Source of the DNA: a virus
Taxonomy: Duplodnaviria; Caudoviricetes
DNA length: 64,000 bases
Reading direction: 5' to 3' (one strand)
Virus record (IMG/VR): IMGVR_UViG_3300035517_000038
Location: 1 to 64,000 of that record
Below, one piece after another: positions 17,295-26,086 of the stretch (its first letter is position 1; the number at the start of each line of letters is the position of its first letter). Made by a program: the position numbers and the translations under genes. The notes below the pieces were generated by a model. It did no database searches and was not told where the DNA came from. It saw nothing but the letters and a program-made list of their open reading frames with translations.

Positions 17295-17326
17295 TTTGCT
17301 ATTTTCAAACTTTTTGCATACCTTTG
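17295..17326 (+). promoter_or_regulatory. Bacteroidetes sigmaA-type promoter of the tRNA cluster
   Basis: TTTG-N20-TACCTTTG, a perfect consensus. Confidence 0.8.
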
Positions 17327-17329
17327 TAA

Positions 17330-17420
17330 TGCGAAAGATGAATAACACGTGTTTTGTTAGATGTCGGTGATGAACATATGTCACTTTACTGTTGAGAGAA
17401 TAGGAAAGTGATTATTTTAT
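17330..17420 (+). ncRNA. Candidate small RNA in the tRNA-operon leader
   Basis: Contains TTTGTTAGATGT, antisense to ACATCTAACAA upstream of genes at 22435, 23789 and 26087, plus a 3' hairpin TCACTTT-A-CTGTT-GAGAG-AATAG-G-AAAGTGA. Confidence 0.5.
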
Positions 17421-17494
17421 GGTTCAGTAGCTCAGTTGGATAGAGCAACAGCCTTCTAAGCTGTGGGTCATGAGTTCGAGTCTCATCTGAATCA
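17421..17494 (+). tRNA. tRNA-Arg(TCT)
   Basis: Anticodon arm ACAGC-CTTCTAA-GCTGT; D-arm AGCTCAGTTGGATAGAGC; T-arm GAGTTCGAGTCTC. Confidence 0.95.
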
Positions 17495-17590
17495 CTATCT
17501 TAATTTGTGTGGATTTTTTGTTTTATTTTTGTTTCATTTTTGTTGTTTGTATATTCTTCAGTCTGTGAAGATAGAAGAATATTTTTATAT

Positions 17591-17675
17591 GCCACCATGG
17601 TGAAATAGGTAGACACGAAGGACTTAAAATCCTTTAACTATTGCAGTTGTGTGGGTTCAAGTCCCACTGGTGGTA
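17591..17675 (+). tRNA. tRNA-Leu(TAA)
   Basis: Anticodon arm AAGGA-CTTAAAA-TCCTT, long variable arm, GGTTCAAGTCC. Confidence 0.95.
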
Positions 17676-17682
17676 CTAATTT

Positions 17683-17756
17683 GGTCCTATAGCTCAGTTG
17701 GTTAGAGCACCTGACTCATAATCAGGAAGTCCTTGGTTCAAGCCCAAGTGGGACCA
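17683..17756 (+). tRNA. tRNA-CAT, most likely Ile2 (lysidine-modified, reads AUA)
   Basis: Anticodon arm CCTGA-CTCATAA-TCAGG. The acceptor stem has C4-G69/C5-G68 (TilS determinants) and there are no initiator features. Confidence 0.85.
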
Positions 17757-17877
17757 CTTAGTTGTTATACAATCGTTATTGACAAGTTAAAATCGAAACT
17801 GTAGCTTGGGAAAGTGAAAGTTAAAACCTGTGTCCATAAGAGTATAATCGTCTTATGTACACATTAAACTGGGTTTT

Positions 17878-17906
17878 GGGATTCTCTATATGAGAATCCC
17901 TTTTTT
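17878..17906 (+). terminator. Intrinsic terminator ending the tRNA operon
   Basis: GGGATTCTC-TATAT-GAGAATCCC followed by TTTTTT. Confidence 0.8.
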
Positions 17907-17939
17907 ATGAATTTACCTTTTAAACAAAATATATCTATT

Positions 17940-18344
17940 ATGAACAAGTTAAAGAACTGGGCATTAGCTACTATTGTAGCTGTTCCCTTAACATTTGCTG
18001 TCTGTGGTATTCATTATTACGTTACTCATGAAGATTCTGCTACACAAGAGTCAACTTATGAAGAAACTGTAGAAGAAGAACCAGAGATTATTGACCTCAC
18101 TGACATTTTTGAAAGTATTTTGTCAGATTCCTTGAATTATGATACTCGCTATTATAATTATATAGAAGAATACAAGACTGTTGCCCATCTTGCTAAATAT
18201 ATGGCAGAGGAACAAAATGATTCTAATATAAATCTGGAAGTGTATAATCATTTCTTTATTGCTTATGGAGAAGAACTTGATACTATTAAAGTTCGAGATT
18301 TGATTCTTTATCGTTGTTTTCTAGAAGCAAAATATGGAGAATGA
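17940..18344 (+). CDS. Membrane-anchored acidic hypothetical protein
   Basis: Start probably MNKLKNW (17940); TM helix followed by an acidic domain. Confidence 0.65.
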   Translation: MNKLKNWALATIVAVPLTFAVCGIHYYVTHEDSATQESTYEETVEEEPEIIDLTDIFESILSDSLNYDTRYYNYIEEYKTVAHLAKYMAEEQNDSNINLEVYNHFFIAYGEELDTIKVRDLILYRCFLEAKYGE

Positions 18345-18567
18345 TGCTATTTTGATTATTATTGGAATGTTAGTCATATTTACAGTATGGCTACATTTCA
18401 AATTTAATAGTGTTAATACTACTATTAAACTCATTAATTATAAACCTAGTCTTAAAAATAGACAACAATTACTAAAAGACTTGATTAAGTATAAAGTAGA
18501 ACTTTTATTCTTAGTAATGAGTATTTTAGTATTAATATTTGTCTTACTTTGGATGTTATTAGAATGA
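18334..18567 (+). CDS. Two-TM membrane protein
   Basis: Two hydrophobic segments. Confidence 0.6.
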   Translation: MENDAILIIIGMLVIFTVWLHFKFNSVNTTIKLINYKPSLKNRQQLLKDLIKYKVELLFLVMSILVLIFVLLWMLLE

Positions 18568-18815
18568 GACATAATTATACTAAAAAAGAAGATGAGAGAA
18601 TTATGGAAGTTATGTGTGAACATCCTAATTCTCAAACAAGAGCCTTATATTTACTCTCTATGGAACTAAATAGGTATCCTAGCTCTATTTACAATAGATT
18701 TAAAAATCATCTGGACAATCCTGAGAGTAAACATTATATGGGTTCTACATATCTAGCAATTGCTAGAAGGTGTGCTAACTTAGATAAACGAATTTTAGAA
18801 TCAAAGAAACTATGA
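18564..18815 (+). CDS. Myb/SANT-like HTH protein (paralog of 15928-16257)
   Basis: YTKKEDERI...HPNS..RA...NRYPSSIYNRF...NPESKHYMG aligns with the 15928 protein. Confidence 0.6.
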   Translation: MRHNYTKKEDERIMEVMCEHPNSQTRALYLLSMELNRYPSSIYNRFKNHLDNPESKHYMGSTYLAIARRCANLDKRILESKKL

Positions 18816-19087
18816 TTTACGATTTACAATATTCAGAAGGTTGCTCTTTTTCTACTACTATCAATGGTAAAGAATTAGTAGACTTTACAGAAACACCTGA
18901 AGGAAAAGCAGAATTAAAGAAGCTAATCTTAGCTCTAGTAGAGAAAGTAGACGTTGATGTAGCTGATTTACAAATGCTTTTTATGGGTGCTCTTACTCAA
19001 ATTGGTACTTATGAAGATGAGGGATATTGTGAGCAATGTGGTTCAAGCAATTTCTCTTATAAAGCTAAATTTGAAGTAGATGACTAG
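18812..19087 (+). CDS. Hypothetical protein
   Basis: 91 aa acidic, CEQCG motif. Confidence 0.65.
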   Translation: MIYDLQYSEGCSFSTTINGKELVDFTETPEGKAELKKLILALVEKVDVDVADLQMLFMGALTQIGTYEDEGYCEQCGSSNFSYKAKFEVDD

Positions 19088-20279
19088 AGACCAGGTAACT
19101 GCAGAATTATTATCTGTAGGTTACAGGGATTATATACTAGAACTACCCACAGGAATGGGTAAATCCAAACAAGCTATTGAATTAATGCGTAAGTATTTGA
19201 GAAATAGAGAGGATTTGAAAGTGCTTATCCTAGTCCCTAGGGTAGTTCTAGTTAATAATTGGAAAGATGAATTAGCTAAATGGTATAAAGATTGTAAAAT
19301 CAATATACAAATAGCTTGCTATAAGAGTATAGAGAAATACGCAGGTAATTGGGATATGGTAATATTTGATGAAGCTCATCATCTTACAGATAGATGTATG
19401 GAAGCTCTTGAATCATTTACCATATATCATAATATATTCCTGTCTGCTACTCTTACTAGAGATATGAAGCAAGCTATCCAAAATAGATGCCCTGGAATTT
19501 ATACTTATAGAGTATCTATGAAGAAAGCTATAGAATCTGAAGTTTTACCTGAACCTACAGTTTATCTTATGCCTTTATTCCTAAATACTACTAGAATGAC
19601 TGAAACCATTATTAAGAATCCTAGAGGTAAAACTACTAAAGAGGTTACTTATGATGGTAGATGGGAAGCTACTAGAAATAAACATATTAAATATATTATT
19701 CATTGTACACAAAGCCAAAAGCATGAACATTTATGCTCTATGGTAGAATGGTACAAGAAGCAGTATATGACAACAAGGAATGAAGGTCTTAAACATTTAT
19801 GGCTTAGAGCCAGCTTGGATAGATTACAGTGGTTATCTAATATAAAAGTGAAATACAGTATTGATATTAACAATATGTGTATTAACAAGAAAATTAGAAG
19901 CCTAGTATTCTGTTCATCCATCGACCAATCTAACTTATTTCCTAAAACACACCCTATTAATAGTAAGAATAGTGTTAAGGATAATCAAGTGTACTTGGAT
20001 AACTTCAATAAAGGAGTTATCAATAATGTGACAGCTGTTAACTCTCTTAATGAAGGAGTTAATTTGGTTAATTGTCAAGTAGGAGTATTCAATACTATTA
20101 ATTCTTCTGAAATTATGACTATTCAGAAGATTGGTAGAATATTGAGACATCCTAATCCTATATTGATAATACCATACTTTAGCTCTACTAGAGAAGAAGA
20201 GCTTGTAGATAAGATGCTGGAACATTATAATAAGGATAATGTAAAGAAAATAATGAATATCTCACAAATTAAATTATGA
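19080..20279 (+). CDS. SF2 (DEAH) helicase
   Basis: LPTGMGKS (motif I), DEAHH (II), LSAT (III), LNEGVNL (V), QKIGRILR (VI). Confidence 0.9.
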   Translation: MTRDQVTAELLSVGYRDYILELPTGMGKSKQAIELMRKYLRNREDLKVLILVPRVVLVNNWKDELAKWYKDCKINIQIACYKSIEKYAGNWDMVIFDEAHHLTDRCMEALESFTIYHNIFLSATLTRDMKQAIQNRCPGIYTYRVSMKKAIESEVLPEPTVYLMPLFLNTTRMTETIIKNPRGKTTKEVTYDGRWEATRNKHIKYIIHCTQSQKHEHLCSMVEWYKKQYMTTRNEGLKHLWLRASLDRLQWLSNIKVKYSIDINNMCINKKIRSLVFCSSIDQSNLFPKTHPINSKNSVKDNQVYLDNFNKGVINNVTAVNSLNEGVNLVNCQVGVFNTINSSEIMTIQKIGRILRHPNPILIIPYFSSTREEELVDKMLEHYNKDNVKKIMNISQIKL

Positions 20280-20899
20280 TTAAACGAGTAACAATTGACA
20301 TCGACCTAATCACTAAGAAAGGATACAAAATTGATGACTATTTTGCTCTATTAGCTATGTACTATGGAGCTGAAATCAATTCTGACACCTATAAGCGCAT
20401 TACTCAAGAAGGGTATCTAGATTTTGATGCCTTAGATGAAGAATTGCCTATAGGAGCCAGGATTAATGACAATGGTAAAATTATGCTAGAAGATGTAATT
20501 CTAGACAGTGAAATCAAAGAAACTAAAGACACTAATAATGGTGTTGTAGACAGGTTCTCTTGGCTTGCTGACCAACTTAGAGCATTATATCCAGCAGGTA
20601 AGAAGCCTGGTACATCTTTCCAATGGAGAGATTCTACAGCTATTATTGCTAAGCGATTAAAGGCTTTGGTTGCTTCTTATAATTGTGAATTTACAGATGA
20701 GGAGGCTATTGAAGCTACTAAGAGGTATGTAGCATCATTTAATGGTAATTATCAATATATGCAGCTATTGAAGTATTTCATTAGCAAGAAAGTTATTATT
20801 GATGGTGCTGTTGAACCTAGCTCTCAATTGCTCTCTTATATTGAAAATGCTAATGATGTAGATTCTAGTAATACTACATGGACAGATACTCTTGTATAA
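20276..20899 (+). CDS. Conserved replication-region protein (possible initiator/helicase loader)
   Basis: LRALYPAGKKPG...YMQLLKYFI; located upstream of DnaB. Confidence 0.55.
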   Translation: MIKRVTIDIDLITKKGYKIDDYFALLAMYYGAEINSDTYKRITQEGYLDFDALDEELPIGARINDNGKIMLEDVILDSEIKETKDTNNGVVDRFSWLADQLRALYPAGKKPGTSFQWRDSTAIIAKRLKALVASYNCEFTDEEAIEATKRYVASFNGNYQYMQLLKYFISKKVIIDGAVEPSSQLLSYIENANDVDSSNTTWTDTLV

Positions 20900-21296
20900 T
20901 ATGAGATATAGAAAAAATGTACTAAAACATCCATTATTCAATAGATTTAAGGAGATGATGGTCGATATTAAGACATTTTCTCCTTATATTATAAAATTCG
21001 GTTTTCTTAAAGTAATAGAAGATGGCTCACTAAAATGGGAAATAGATATTTACCCTAATAAAAAGAAATTTAATAAAATGCCATCTAATATAGAGATAAT
21101 AAAGAATTTCACAGGTATTATTATTCCTCCTGATTATGTTTTAGAATATGATTCTGAGTATCCAAATATAAATCCTAATGTAGGCCATTTGGTATTTCAG
21201 CATGAAAATGATAAAACACAGAGAATGTATCTATTCTATTACCCTAGAACTGAATATACGAAATTTCACTTAATATGGGCATTAGAGAAAGAATAG
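20892..21296 (+). CDS. Hypothetical AT-rich protein
   Basis: 134 aa, overlaps both neighbours. Confidence 0.55.
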   Translation: MYNMRYRKNVLKHPLFNRFKEMMVDIKTFSPYIIKFGFLKVIEDGSLKWEIDIYPNKKKFNKMPSNIEIIKNFTGIIIPPDYVLEYDSEYPNINPNVGHLVFQHENDKTQRMYLFYYPRTEYTKFHLIWALEKE

Positions 21297-22429
21297 TAGA
21301 TAATCTACATGAGCGAAGAAATAGAATATTAGAAGGGAAGGTCAACTGTATTCCTCTACCATTTAAAAGATTTAAAGAAGAATTTCCAGGAATTGAGAAA
21401 GGTGTGTACTACCTGATTAGTGGTGGAACTAAATCAGCGAAGACTCAGATTACCAATTATTTATTTGTGTACAATACAATATTGTATATGTATTACAATC
21501 CTGGAGTTATTAAAGCCAAAATCAATTATTATCCTTTAGAAGAGACAGCAGAATCTATTACTCTTAGATTTATGGCATTTTTGCTAAATCACCTATTTAA
21601 GGTCAGGATTAGTCCTGTTGACCTTAAATCTACAAATAATGATAAACCAGTTGATTCTGCTATACTGGAGTTATTAAATAGACCACAATTCATAGAGATT
21701 ATGAATTTATATGAGTCTGTAGTAACTTTCTATGATGATAAAAATCCTTCAGGTATATATAAGAATTTCAAGAGATATGCTGAGTCACACGGTAAAACAT
21801 ATTATAAGACCTTTAAAACCAAAGATGATTTTGGAAATGAGGTAGAAAGGAAAATATTTGATTATTATGTAGCAGATGACCCTGAAGAGTTCTATTTTAT
21901 TATAGTTGACCATGTAAGCCTACTTGATTCTGAGAAGCATGGAGGTAGGTATCTAGACCTTCGAGAGACTATTTTAAAGCTCTCTGAATATATGATTATA
22001 GCTAGAAATAGGTATAATTATACTCCTGTAGTAGTACAGCAGCAATCTATTGAGACTAGTAATCTTGAAGCCTTTAAACAGGATAAAATTAGACCAACTA
22101 TGGCTGGTTTAGGAGATTCCAAGTACACAGGTAGAGATTGCTCGGTTATGCTGGGTATTACTAATCCTTATAGTTTTGAAAAACCTGAATACCTTAACTA
22201 TGATATTACTACACTCAAAGACAAATTTAGATGTCTAGAGGTAGTATTAAATAGAAATGGTAGAGCTAATGGTTTGTGTCCCCTGCTCTTTGATGGTGCT
22301 ATTAATGCATTTAAAGAGCTTCCTAAGCCTAATGACCCCAAGATTATAGAAATATACAATGGAGTCAAACAGAATAAAAATCTATTCTTTATTACATTTA
22401 AACGAATTTTAAAACCAAAAAACATCTAA
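21275..22429 (+). CDS. dnaB: DnaB-like replicative helicase
   Basis: Walker A-like SGGTKSAKT, Walker B IIVDHVSLL, VVVQQQ, PTMAGLGDS, LNRNG. Confidence 0.8.
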   Translation: MGIRERIVDNLHERRNRILEGKVNCIPLPFKRFKEEFPGIEKGVYYLISGGTKSAKTQITNYLFVYNTILYMYYNPGVIKAKINYYPLEETAESITLRFMAFLLNHLFKVRISPVDLKSTNNDKPVDSAILELLNRPQFIEIMNLYESVVTFYDDKNPSGIYKNFKRYAESHGKTYYKTFKTKDDFGNEVERKIFDYYVADDPEEFYFIIVDHVSLLDSEKHGGRYLDLRETILKLSEYMIIARNRYNYTPVVVQQQSIETSNLEAFKQDKIRPTMAGLGDSKYTGRDCSVMLGITNPYSFEKPEYLNYDITTLKDKFRCLEVVLNRNGRANGLCPLLFDGAINAFKELPKPNDPKIIEIYNGVKQNKNLFFITFKRILKPKNI

Positions 22430-22434
22430 CAATT

Positions 22435-23115
22435 ATGGCAAATGTATGCTTAATCATGGGTAAATCAGGTACTGGTAAATCTACTTCGATTAAAACCCTC
22501 GACCCTAAAGAAACTGTAATCTTTAATATTTTGCGTAAGCGTCTACCTTTTAAAGGTTCTAAATCTGTATATAATGAGCAGAATAAGAATCTGTTCTTGC
22601 TGGATGATTATGCGCAAATTGTAAATTTCCTCACAGCTATTGACAAAAAGGCTACTCATGTAAAGAATGTAGTTATTGATGATGCTACTTACATTATGCG
22701 TAAGGAATATTTCAAAACTGCAAAGCTTACTGGTTATGGTAAATATACAGATATGGCTGCACATTTTCAAAATGTGATTAATACAGCAGAATCTATGAGA
22801 GATGATGTAAATGTATTTCTCATTATGCACTGCGATGAAGTTATCTCTGATAATACTATTGTAGGTTATAAGCCTTCAACTGTAGGTAAATTGATTGACA
22901 GTTCTTATAATCCTGTAGAAGTAGTTCCTATTGTGCTTTTCTCTATGGTAAAGTTTAACGATAAAGGTGAAGCTACTTATGGTTTTGCTACTCATAAGTT
23001 CATGGATGGTCAAATTGAAATTCCTGCTAAATCTCCAGCAGATATGTTCGATGAAGATTTTATTCCTAATGACCTTGGTACAGTAGTAAAAGCTATGAAT
23101 GAGTATTATGGTTAA
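22435..23115 (+). CDS. AAA_24 / Sak4-like P-loop ATPase
   Basis: GKSGTGKST, VVIDD, C-terminal AKSP..MF...IPNDL. Confidence 0.85.
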   Translation: MANVCLIMGKSGTGKSTSIKTLDPKETVIFNILRKRLPFKGSKSVYNEQNKNLFLLDDYAQIVNFLTAIDKKATHVKNVVIDDATYIMRKEYFKTAKLTGYGKYTDMAAHFQNVINTAESMRDDVNVFLIMHCDEVISDNTIVGYKPSTVGKLIDSSYNPVEVVPIVLFSMVKFNDKGEATYGFATHKFMDGQIEIPAKSPADMFDEDFIPNDLGTVVKAMNEYYG

Positions 23116-23182
23116 ATAATCTTAAATATTTTAATATCCCGACTAAACTAACTAAATTTGTAATCCATTAATTTAAAACATT

Positions 23183-23734
23183 ATGAAAGAACTTAACAAA
23201 TCTGACAAAGTAGCTATCAAACGTATTGCTGGTATTCTCTATAACACTTGTGTTAAGAAGATGGAGAAAATTCAAAGTAAGATTGATGAACTGCAAAAAG
23301 AACTTGCAGAGCAACAAGAAGCTATGAATAAAATGGATACTGTTCCTTATTTGACCAATAGCACTTATAAAGCATTTGACCTTGTAGAACGTAAAGAGAC
23401 TCTTTCTCGCGATAATAATGGTAAAGAAGTTAAGGTTGTTACTTATGAGTTTAAGTATCCTGATACTATTTACCCTGCTATGGAAGCTCCTACTCTCACA
23501 ATTGATGAAGCTGAGGCAATGTCTCAAGATTTCCTTACTGGAGAAATTGTAGAAGAAGTAAATCAAGTAGAAGTAGCTCAAAAGGCAATTGAAGATGCAC
23601 AAGATGTGCAATTGCAAGCTGAACACTTTGCTCCTATGGCTCAAGTAGAGACTCCTGATGAAGCTACTGAAGTTCCTACTGTAGGTGAGGATACAACAGC
23701 TTCTACTGAAGAATCTTATAACCCCTTTATGTAA
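23183..23734 (+). CDS. Hypothetical protein, coiled coil with acidic tail
   Basis: 183 aa ORF, ends YNPFM. Confidence 0.7.
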   Translation: MKELNKSDKVAIKRIAGILYNTCVKKMEKIQSKIDELQKELAEQQEAMNKMDTVPYLTNSTYKAFDLVERKETLSRDNNGKEVKVVTYEFKYPDTIYPAMEAPTLTIDEAEAMSQDFLTGEIVEEVNQVEVAQKAIEDAQDVQLQAEHFAPMAQVETPDEATEVPTVGEDTTASTEESYNPFM

Positions 23735-23788
23735 TTTATTAATTTAACTATAAACATCTAACAATAAACAATTTAAAACTATATTATT

Positions 23789-24739
23789 ATGGCAATCTCA
23801 ACTGGTAAAAAGTCAACTGTAAATTCTTTCTCTTTCAAGCGTTATATTGGTATTGCACCTTGTAAAGTTCTTGCTGTTAATCCCAACAAGGCTAAGATGG
23901 AAGAACTCTTTGGTTCTGCTCCTGAAAATGAGCCTGTTTATGTAGGTAAGGATGAAAAGCTGAATGTTCCCACTGCACGTATTACATTTGTAGTACAGCC
24001 TATTGCTGATTTTGAAGTAGCCCCTATTTCTATTAGTTTCTTTCTTACTAAGTCTGCAATGATTTCTCAAGCAGGTAAATGTAAGGTTATTGACAAATAT
24101 GGTCGCACAGCTTGGGTGACTAAGGAAGAATTTACTGCAAAAGCTATTCCTATGTATTCTAATGGTCCTGCTCAATTGGATAAGGACTATAAGCCCTGCT
24201 ATATTGGTCAAGAAGAATTAGTAAAGTTCCTCATTAGCTATATGTGGATTGAGCCTATCAAGCTTTGGAATAACAATGAACGTAAGTTCTATGAAAACCC
24301 CAATAAGGATGCTTGCGAATGTTCTCTTGACAATATTGACAAGTATTTCAATGGTGACATTTCTGAGATTACAAAGTGTCTTGAAATTCAACCTGAGAAT
24401 ATTGTAGACATTTGCTTTGGTGTTCGTACTACTGAAGATGGTAAGCAATATCAAGCTTTCTTCAAGGAAGAATTTACTCGTGGAGGTGCTCGCTCTCATA
24501 AGAATATTGAACGTGCTCTTCAACAGGCTAAAGAACGTGGAGCATATGCTACTACTGAATATGCTACCACCGACTTTAAGGAGTATTCTTTCCAAGTAAC
24601 TGAATTTAAGCCTCAGGCAGAGAATGAGGTTCTTCCTGATTTTGCTCCTGCTGCTTCTGCTGTACCTGATTTTAGCACTCCCACAGCATCGGAGGACAAT
24701 CTCCCTTTTAACAATGCCTCTGAAGAAACTCCGTGGTAA
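23789..24739 (+). CDS. Probable single-stranded DNA-binding protein
   Basis: Lies between the AAA ATPase and primase; acidic flexible tail ending DNLPF...ETPW. Confidence 0.6.
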   Translation: MAISTGKKSTVNSFSFKRYIGIAPCKVLAVNPNKAKMEELFGSAPENEPVYVGKDEKLNVPTARITFVVQPIADFEVAPISISFFLTKSAMISQAGKCKVIDKYGRTAWVTKEEFTAKAIPMYSNGPAQLDKDYKPCYIGQEELVKFLISYMWIEPIKLWNNNERKFYENPNKDACECSLDNIDKYFNGDISEITKCLEIQPENIVDICFGVRTTEDGKQYQAFFKEEFTRGGARSHKNIERALQQAKERGAYATTEYATTDFKEYSFQVTEFKPQAENEVLPDFAPAASAVPDFSTPTASEDNLPFNNASEETPW

Positions 24740-24742
24740 TAT

Positions 24743-25726
24743 ATGATTTCAAGAGGTCGGTCATCTATAATGTTGGCTGATGTCTTAAAAGTTACTACAG
24801 AGGCTGAAATTGCTAACTATTACTTGGGGATTACCACTATACCCTGTGTAATAGTTAGCCCTCTAAGAGAGGAATCTAAACCATCATTTAGTATATATTC
24901 TAATGATGGGGTTAAAGTTCATTTCTTAGATTTTGCTACTAGAGAACGAGGTTCTATATTTGATTTATTATGTAAAATGTATCATATGAACTTTGCTGAT
25001 TTAATACCTATGATTTATAAAGATTTTAAATATAGGACTAAATCAGGAGTTGCTGGTGCCAAATCTGTTTTTAAAAGCATAGTTAACAAAGAGTGGACAG
25101 ATGTTAAAGTATCTGTTAGAGAATGGCAACAACATGATATAGAATACTGGGAATCATATGGAATATCTCTTGAGTGGCTCAAATATGCAAATGTCTATCC
25201 TATCTCTCATAAGATTATATTCAAAGGAAGTAATAAGTATTGTTTCAAAGCTGAAAAATATGCTTATGCTTTCGTTGAATTTAAAGAAGGAAAGACAACA
25301 TTAAAAATCTATCAACCTTTCAGTAAAACTTTCAAATGGTGTAATAAACATGATAAATCTGTAATCAGTTTATGGACTAAAGTACCTAGAGAAGCAGACA
25401 AAATTTGTATTTGTGCTTCATTAAAGGATGCTCTCTGTCTTTGGTCTAATACTGGCATACCTGCTATAGCTATACAAGGAGAAGCTATGAGTATGAGCAA
25501 AACAGCAATACAGAGTTTAAAGAATAGATACAAGAAAATTTATATCTTACTAGACAATGATACTGCTGGTTTGGAAAATGCTAAAAAGTTAGCTGAAGAA
25601 ACTGGATTTACAAATGTTGTATTACCTCCTTTTGAAGGTGGAAAAGACATTAGCGATTTATACAAAGTGTCTAACAAACAAACATTTCTAACAACTTTAA
25701 AACAATTATTTTATGGAAACTCGTAA
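24743..25726 (+). CDS. DNA primase (TOPRIM)
   Basis: N-terminal SPLREESKPSF..F.DF..G.IFD; TOPRIM motifs SLKDAL, ILLDNDTAG, KDISD. Confidence 0.85.
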   Translation: MISRGRSSIMLADVLKVTTEAEIANYYLGITTIPCVIVSPLREESKPSFSIYSNDGVKVHFLDFATRERGSIFDLLCKMYHMNFADLIPMIYKDFKYRTKSGVAGAKSVFKSIVNKEWTDVKVSVREWQQHDIEYWESYGISLEWLKYANVYPISHKIIFKGSNKYCFKAEKYAYAFVEFKEGKTTLKIYQPFSKTFKWCNKHDKSVISLWTKVPREADKICICASLKDALCLWSNTGIPAIAIQGEAMSMSKTAIQSLKNRYKKIYILLDNDTAGLENAKKLAEETGFTNVVLPPFEGGKDISDLYKVSNKQTFLTTLKQLFYGNS

Positions 25727-26021
25727 ACAAATTTATGCTCACATTGTTAATAACAATTTGCAAGAAGAAGTCAAAAAGGCTTATGGTCGTAATTATACTC
25801 AAGTAGGAAATGAGGACCTTTTGCGTATCTATGACCAACATATTATGAACAGAGCTTCTGAAACAAAGGCAAAGAAGGAAAATGTCAGTAAAAAGGATTG
25901 TAAATGCAATAGTGACCTTTTTAAAGTCCAATCCGCTCTTGTTGCTCTTATTTCTGAGCTTGTTATTGCGCGCAGGCTCAAGGCTGCTGATGCAGAAGCT
26001 ATTATGAATCTTTTGCAATAA
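25713..26021 (+). CDS. Hypothetical protein
   Basis: 102 aa ORF followed by a terminator. Confidence 0.7.
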   Translation: METRKQIYAHIVNNNLQEEVKKAYGRNYTQVGNEDLLRIYDQHIMNRASETKAKKENVSKKDCKCNSDLFKVQSALVALISELVIARRLKAADAEAIMNLLQ

Positions 26022-26028
26022 ATCATAA

Positions 26029-26063
26029 AGGCAGGGGATTAAATTCTCCTGCCTATTTAATTT
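26029..26063 (+). terminator. Intrinsic terminator
   Basis: AGGCAGGGGA...TCTCCTGCCT followed by ATTTAATTT. Confidence 0.6.
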
Positions 26064-26086
26064 CTAACATCTAACAAACCACTATT

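Noticed and set aside
17338-17411. Two tiny ORFs (10 and 13 aa) in the tRNA leader
   Set aside because: Too short to support, and the second overlaps the hairpin; the non-coding interpretation fits better.
15898-17830. tRNA-associated theta (HDV-like) ribozymes
   Set aside because: The sequences immediately 3' of the four tRNAs lack the HDV double-pseudoknot pattern.
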